A program made the position numbers and the translations under genes. A model generated the notes under the pieces. It saw nothing but the letters and a program-made list of their open reading frames with translations, searched no databases and had not been told where the DNA came from. A DNA stretch of 20,538 bases from the NCBI GenBank assembly GCA_029932605.1, contig JAOZPT010000046.1:1-20538 (forward strand), given 5' to 3'. Position 1 is the stretch's first letter, and every line of letters starts with the position of its first letter. This DNA is from Candidatus Zixiibacteriota bacterium (GTDB lineage Bacteria > Zixibacteria > MSB-5A5 > UBA10806 > 4484-95). This document shows positions 16,736-20,538 of this stretch, in pieces.

Positions 16736-19700
16736 ATGCAGAGAATTAAGGTGTTATGTCTGCTAATTGTGTTGTTTTTAGCCTCGACAGTATGGTCTGG
16801 CCAGATAAGCACTACTCTTGCTGAGTATATGCATGATTTGGCAACTGGAGAGAACATCAAAGCGATAGTCATGTTTAAACATCAGGCTGATATCGAGACA
16901 CTTAATGAACAGTTAAAACAAGAAAGAGCCACTCTTGGCGAGAGGAACAGGCGAGTCCTAGAGGCTCTTCACGAGGCGGCCAGTTTCACCCAGCCAGCAA
17001 TGGTCTCATATCTCGAAGAACTTAAATCGCAAGGTTTGATAGAGAACTACCGAATGTTCTGGATTACCAATATGTTTACAGTTACCGCTACCAAAGCCGG
17101 TATTGAGGCATTAGCGAACCGACCAGAGCTTGATTATCTTTACCTTGATTATCCAATAGAATTAATCGAACCGGTCAAGATAGAAGAATCTGAAAAACCT
17201 GTTATCACCGGTGTTGAGATCGGCCTAGAGCGCATTCATGCCCCCGAGGCTTGGGCTTTAGGTTACACGGGTGCTGGCCGGGTTGTGTCCAACATAGATA
17301 CAGGAGTAGATGGTAACCATCCTGCCTTTGCCGACCGTTTCCGTGGGGATGTCGATGGCGATGGTGACTGTGATGAGAGCTGGTTTGACCCAAATGCAGG
17401 TTCTGATTTTCCAATAGACCAGGGTGAGCATGGCACTCACACCATGGGCACAATCTGTGGCCGTTCTCCGAGTGGTGATACCATAGGTGTTGCCATTGAT
17501 GCTTTATGGATAGCTGCCTCACCGGACTTTTATGGTTCTTTAAGCCGGTTTGTTTCCCATTGCCTTTTAGCATTTGAGTGGATTGCTGATCCTGATGGCA
17601 ATCCTGATACACAGGACAACCCTGATGCAGTTGGTAATTCATGGGGTTTATCGCCGTTTTTCCACGGTTATCCCCACTGTGATCAGTCTTTCTGGCACGC
17701 CATCGATAACGTGGAAGCCGCTGGCACAGCTGTTATCTTCTCTGCGGGAAACGAGGGCAATTATGACGGTCCCAACACGCCAAACAGTTTGAGGACACCT
17801 GCCGACAGAGAGACCACTCCTTATAATGTTTTCTCGGTAGGTTCAGTCAACGGGTATAATGCAAATCTTCCGATATCGGGTTTTTCCTCAAGAGGGCCAA
17901 CATACTGCACCCCTGATGGGACTGAAGCTTTTAAACCCGAGGTGGTAGCTCCCGGTGAGAGCGTAAGAAGTGCTAGGCCTGGTGGTGGTTATCAACAAAT
18001 GAGCGGAACCTCTATGGCCTCTCCACATGTCACCGGTTCGGTAGCAGTTCTTCGCCAGGTAAACCCCAACCTCAGCGTCGATGAGATAAAGGAGATTTTA
18101 ATAGCAACTGCGGAGGATCTACCATTTTCAAACCCTGACGGTGAGGATAATTCATATGGCCATGGCATAATTAATCTTTATGAGGCCTGCCAGATGGCGC
18201 GCTCGGGATACGTCATGGGTTACGTTTACGATGAACAGGAAAACCCCCTTGTCGGAGCTTTGGTTCTGGTCAATGGCTCTGAAAGGAGTGTCATTACCAA
18301 CGATGAAGGTTTTTACCAGATTGGGTTAGCCAGAGATACCATATATCAGTTTATTACCACTTGCTTTGGTTATATTCCCGATACGGCAGATATTCATGTC
18401 ATTCCCGAGGACACAGTTTATCATGATTTCACTTTAGAATTAGCTCCTCTTGGTGTTTTGGATGGTCATGTCACCGATTTAGACTTAAACCCCATTGATG
18501 GAGCAATTGTCAGAGCTGCCAATACTCCTTTAGATTCAGTTTTAACAGATGAAGAAGGATATTACATTTTTAACGAAATCCCTTGTAATAATACTTATGA
18601 TATGGAAGCATTAGCCATAAATTATGGTTTTACAGAGGCTAGTGTTTTTGTGCTTTCTGACGATACCACATCTCAGGATTTTGCTCTTGATGAAATGGAG
18701 ACATTCGAGCTTGATAACGGTAATTGGGTTGGTGATGGTTGCTGGGAGTGTGGCATTCCAACATCAGGTCCTGATAGCATCGCAAACGGTTATAATGTCT
18801 GGGCTACGGTTCTAAATGGTGAATATCCTGATGACGCTGATGATAAGCTTGTAACAACCTATTACACAATAACTGATTCTGACGCCACTTTTTCATTCTG
18901 GCACTGGTACGACATGCAGAGTGGATCTTCAAACGCTTTTGATGGCGGTAACATACATATAACTACGGATTGCGGTAAAACCTGGGAACTGGTTATACCC
19001 GAGGGAGGATACCCTGAGGATGAAATTGTAGGGCTTGATGGTGAACCTGGATTTTCCGGTCAATCGTCTGACTGGGAGCAGGTTGTCATCGACCTTTCAG
19101 CCTACGAGGGCCAAACAATAAAAATAAAATTCCGTTTCGGGTCCAATCATTATACAACTAATTTTGGTTGGTATGTTGATGCCGTAGCATTAAATGGGGG
19201 CTTTATTAACTGGGGGCATCTAAGTCCCTCAGCCAATATCACCCCATTATCATATAATGTCTATCTCGATTCTGATGCTGACACCACGTTGCCATTATCG
19301 ATATCAAATAGTGGTTCTGGCCTTCTTGAGTTTATTACTGATGTCGTTATTGATGACAGTGCGGATTATGGAATTATAACCGATTTTGGCGGACCTGATG
19401 AATTTGGTTACATCTGGATGGATTCCAATGAGCCCGATGGTCCTTCATACGACTGGATTGATATCAGCAGCATCGGGACGCAAATTTCATTAACGGATAA
19501 CGACATTGCAGGACCATTCGAGATCGGCTTTGATTTCCCATTTTATGGAAATAATTACAACCACCTATGGGTATGTTCTAATGGATTTGCGGCGGTAATA
19601 GAACCACCTGATCCGGGAGGCTATATTTACTACTTTAATGAGCCCTTCCCCTCACCGCCAGACCCGGGAGAGATACCGGGTGCGGCAATAGCTCCTTTCT

Positions 19701-20485
19701 GGGATGATTTGAATCCTGAAAATGAGGGAGCAGTATATTATTGGGCTGGAACTGACACGTTTATTGTCTCGTGGGTAGATGTCCCACATTTTGTTGGAGG
19801 GGGAGGTCCATATACATTCCAGATGATACTACTGGCCAAGGGCGATATCATTTTCAATTACGCTGATATCAATCCCCCTGCAAACTCTAACACCGTCGGC
19901 ATTCAGAACGAGGATGGTTCCATAGGCACACAGGTTGCCTACAATAATTTTTATGTCGAGGATAACTTGGCCGTAAAGATTGAACATCCAATATTCTGGT
20001 TAACGGTTTCACCACAGGTCGGCATTCTATTCCCCGATGAATCAATAGACCTTGATGTTGTGTTTAATGCCTCTTATCTCGAAACGGGAACGTATACAGG
20101 GGAAATTCTCCTTAATACTAACGATCCTGAAAATCTCATCACGAACCTACCTTGTACATTGAACGTTAACACAACCGGCATCGACGAGGATTTGCCCCTG
20201 GCTCCGACATCGCTTTCGCTGTCGCAAAATTACCCCAATCCGTTCAATCCTGTAACCGAGATATCGTTCGGTCTGCCAACCTCTGGCCATACTACTTTAG
20301 AGGTTTACGATATAATGGGACGCAAGGTGAAAACACTGGTTGATGGTGAGCTTCCTGCCGGTACTCATAGGGTCGTCTGGAACAGTCTTAACGATGGCGG
20401 TAAGAGAGTGGCCTCAGGTGTATATTTCTACAAGCTTTCTCATGGTGATAAGGTAATAGCCAGGAAGATGGTTATACTCAAGTAG
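16736..20485 (+). CDS. Secreted multidomain S8 serine peptidase with T9SS-type C-terminal sorting domain, paralog 2
   Basis: Same architecture as paralog 1. Triad D188 (NIDTG), H232 (HGTHTMGT), S426 (GTSMASPH); AAGGAG RBS. Confidence 0.93.
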   Translation: MQRIKVLCLLIVLFLASTVWSGQISTTLAEYMHDLATGENIKAIVMFKHQADIETLNEQLKQERATLGERNRRVLEALHEAASFTQPAMVSYLEELKSQGLIENYRMFWITNMFTVTATKAGIEALANRPELDYLYLDYPIELIEPVKIEESEKPVITGVEIGLERIHAPEAWALGYTGAGRVVSNIDTGVDGNHPAFADRFRGDVDGDGDCDESWFDPNAGSDFPIDQGEHGTHTMGTICGRSPSGDTIGVAIDALWIAASPDFYGSLSRFVSHCLLAFEWIADPDGNPDTQDNPDAVGNSWGLSPFFHGYPHCDQSFWHAIDNVEAAGTAVIFSAGNEGNYDGPNTPNSLRTPADRETTPYNVFSVGSVNGYNANLPISGFSSRGPTYCTPDGTEAFKPEVVAPGESVRSARPGGGYQQMSGTSMASPHVTGSVAVLRQVNPNLSVDEIKEILIATAEDLPFSNPDGEDNSYGHGIINLYEACQMARSGYVMGYVYDEQENPLVGALVLVNGSERSVITNDEGFYQIGLARDTIYQFITTCFGYIPDTADIHVIPEDTVYHDFTLELAPLGVLDGHVTDLDLNPIDGAIVRAANTPLDSVLTDEEGYYIFNEIPCNNTYDMEALAINYGFTEASVFVLSDDTTSQDFALDEMETFELDNGNWVGDGCWECGIPTSGPDSIANGYNVWATVLNGEYPDDADDKLVTTYYTITDSDATFSFWHWYDMQSGSSNAFDGGNIHITTDCGKTWELVIPEGGYPEDEIVGLDGEPGFSGQSSDWEQVVIDLSAYEGQTIKIKFRFGSNHYTTNFGWYVDAVALNGGFINWGHLSPSANITPLSYNVYLDSDADTTLPLSISNSGSGLLEFITDVVIDDSADYGIITDFGGPDEFGYIWMDSNEPDGPSYDWIDISSIGTQISLTDNDIAGPFEIGFDFPFYGNNYNHLWVCSNGFAAVIEPPDPGGYIYYFNEPFPSPPDPGEIPGAAIAPFWDDLNPENEGAVYYWAGTDTFIVSWVDVPHFVGGGGPYTFQMILLAKGDIIFNYADINPPANSNTVGIQNEDGSIGTQVAYNNFYVEDNLAVKIEHPIFWLTVSPQVGILFPDESIDLDVVFNASYLETGTYTGEILLNTNDPENLITNLPCTLNVNTTGIDEDLPLAPTSLSLSQNYPNPFNPVTEISFGLPTSGHTTLEVYDIMGRKVKTLVDGELPAGTHRVVWNSLNDGGKRVASGVYFYKLSHGDKVIARKMVILK

Positions 20486-20538
20486 GGTTTTTCGACTGCA
20501 TAAAAAATCAAGAAGGGCGGTTTATACAGGCCGCCCTT
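20225..20538 (+). repeat. Direct repeat copy 2 (runs to window end)
   Basis: Identical to 16190-16503. Confidence 0.97.
20513..20538 (+). terminator. Intrinsic terminator hairpin after S8 paralog 2 (truncated by window end)
   Basis: AAGGGCGG-TTTATACAGG-CCGCCCTT, identical to the hairpin after paralog 1. Confidence 0.7.

Noticed and set aside
13191..18815. Small alternative-frame ORFs inside the S8 genes
   Set aside because: No motifs, and not preserved as equivalent ORFs between the two paralogs.
16190..20538. Diversity-generating retroelement TR/VR pair as the explanation for the 3' repeat
   Set aside because: The copies are identical, with no adenine-specific mismatches, both are coding, and no reverse transcriptase is present in the window.
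1..20538. CRISPR arrays, tRNA or rRNA genes, IS elements
   Set aside because: Reading the intergenic regions showed no spaced repeats, cloverleaf signatures or transposase-like ORFs. An Infernal scan would be needed to exclude small ncRNAs.

Overview
Bacterial chromosomal window carrying the gene cluster that usually lies near the replication origin. On the minus strand are secD (5' part; runs off the window and is missing from the ORF track) and pyrE. On the plus strand are rpmH (also missing from the track), rnpA, yidD, yidC, mnmE, mnmG, rsmG, parA, parB, an M23 peptidase and a bactofilin. There are two parS sites: one inside mnmG and one within a perfect 30-bp palindrome before parA. dnaA is not in its common position divergent from rpmH. 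After an AT-rich gap with a probable gene remnant come two tandem paralogous ~1250-aa secreted S8 (subtilisin/bacillopeptidase F-like) multidomain proteases with T9SS-type C-terminal sorting domains. The paralogs are diverged over their length but share an identical block of at least 314 bp covering the sorting domain, stop codon and terminator, and the window ends inside the second copy. The sorting domain plus sigma70-type promoters and Shine-Dalgarno sites suggests a non-Bacteroidota FCB lineage such as Zixibacteria or KSB1 (inference). I found no CRISPR array, tRNA, rRNA or transposase.
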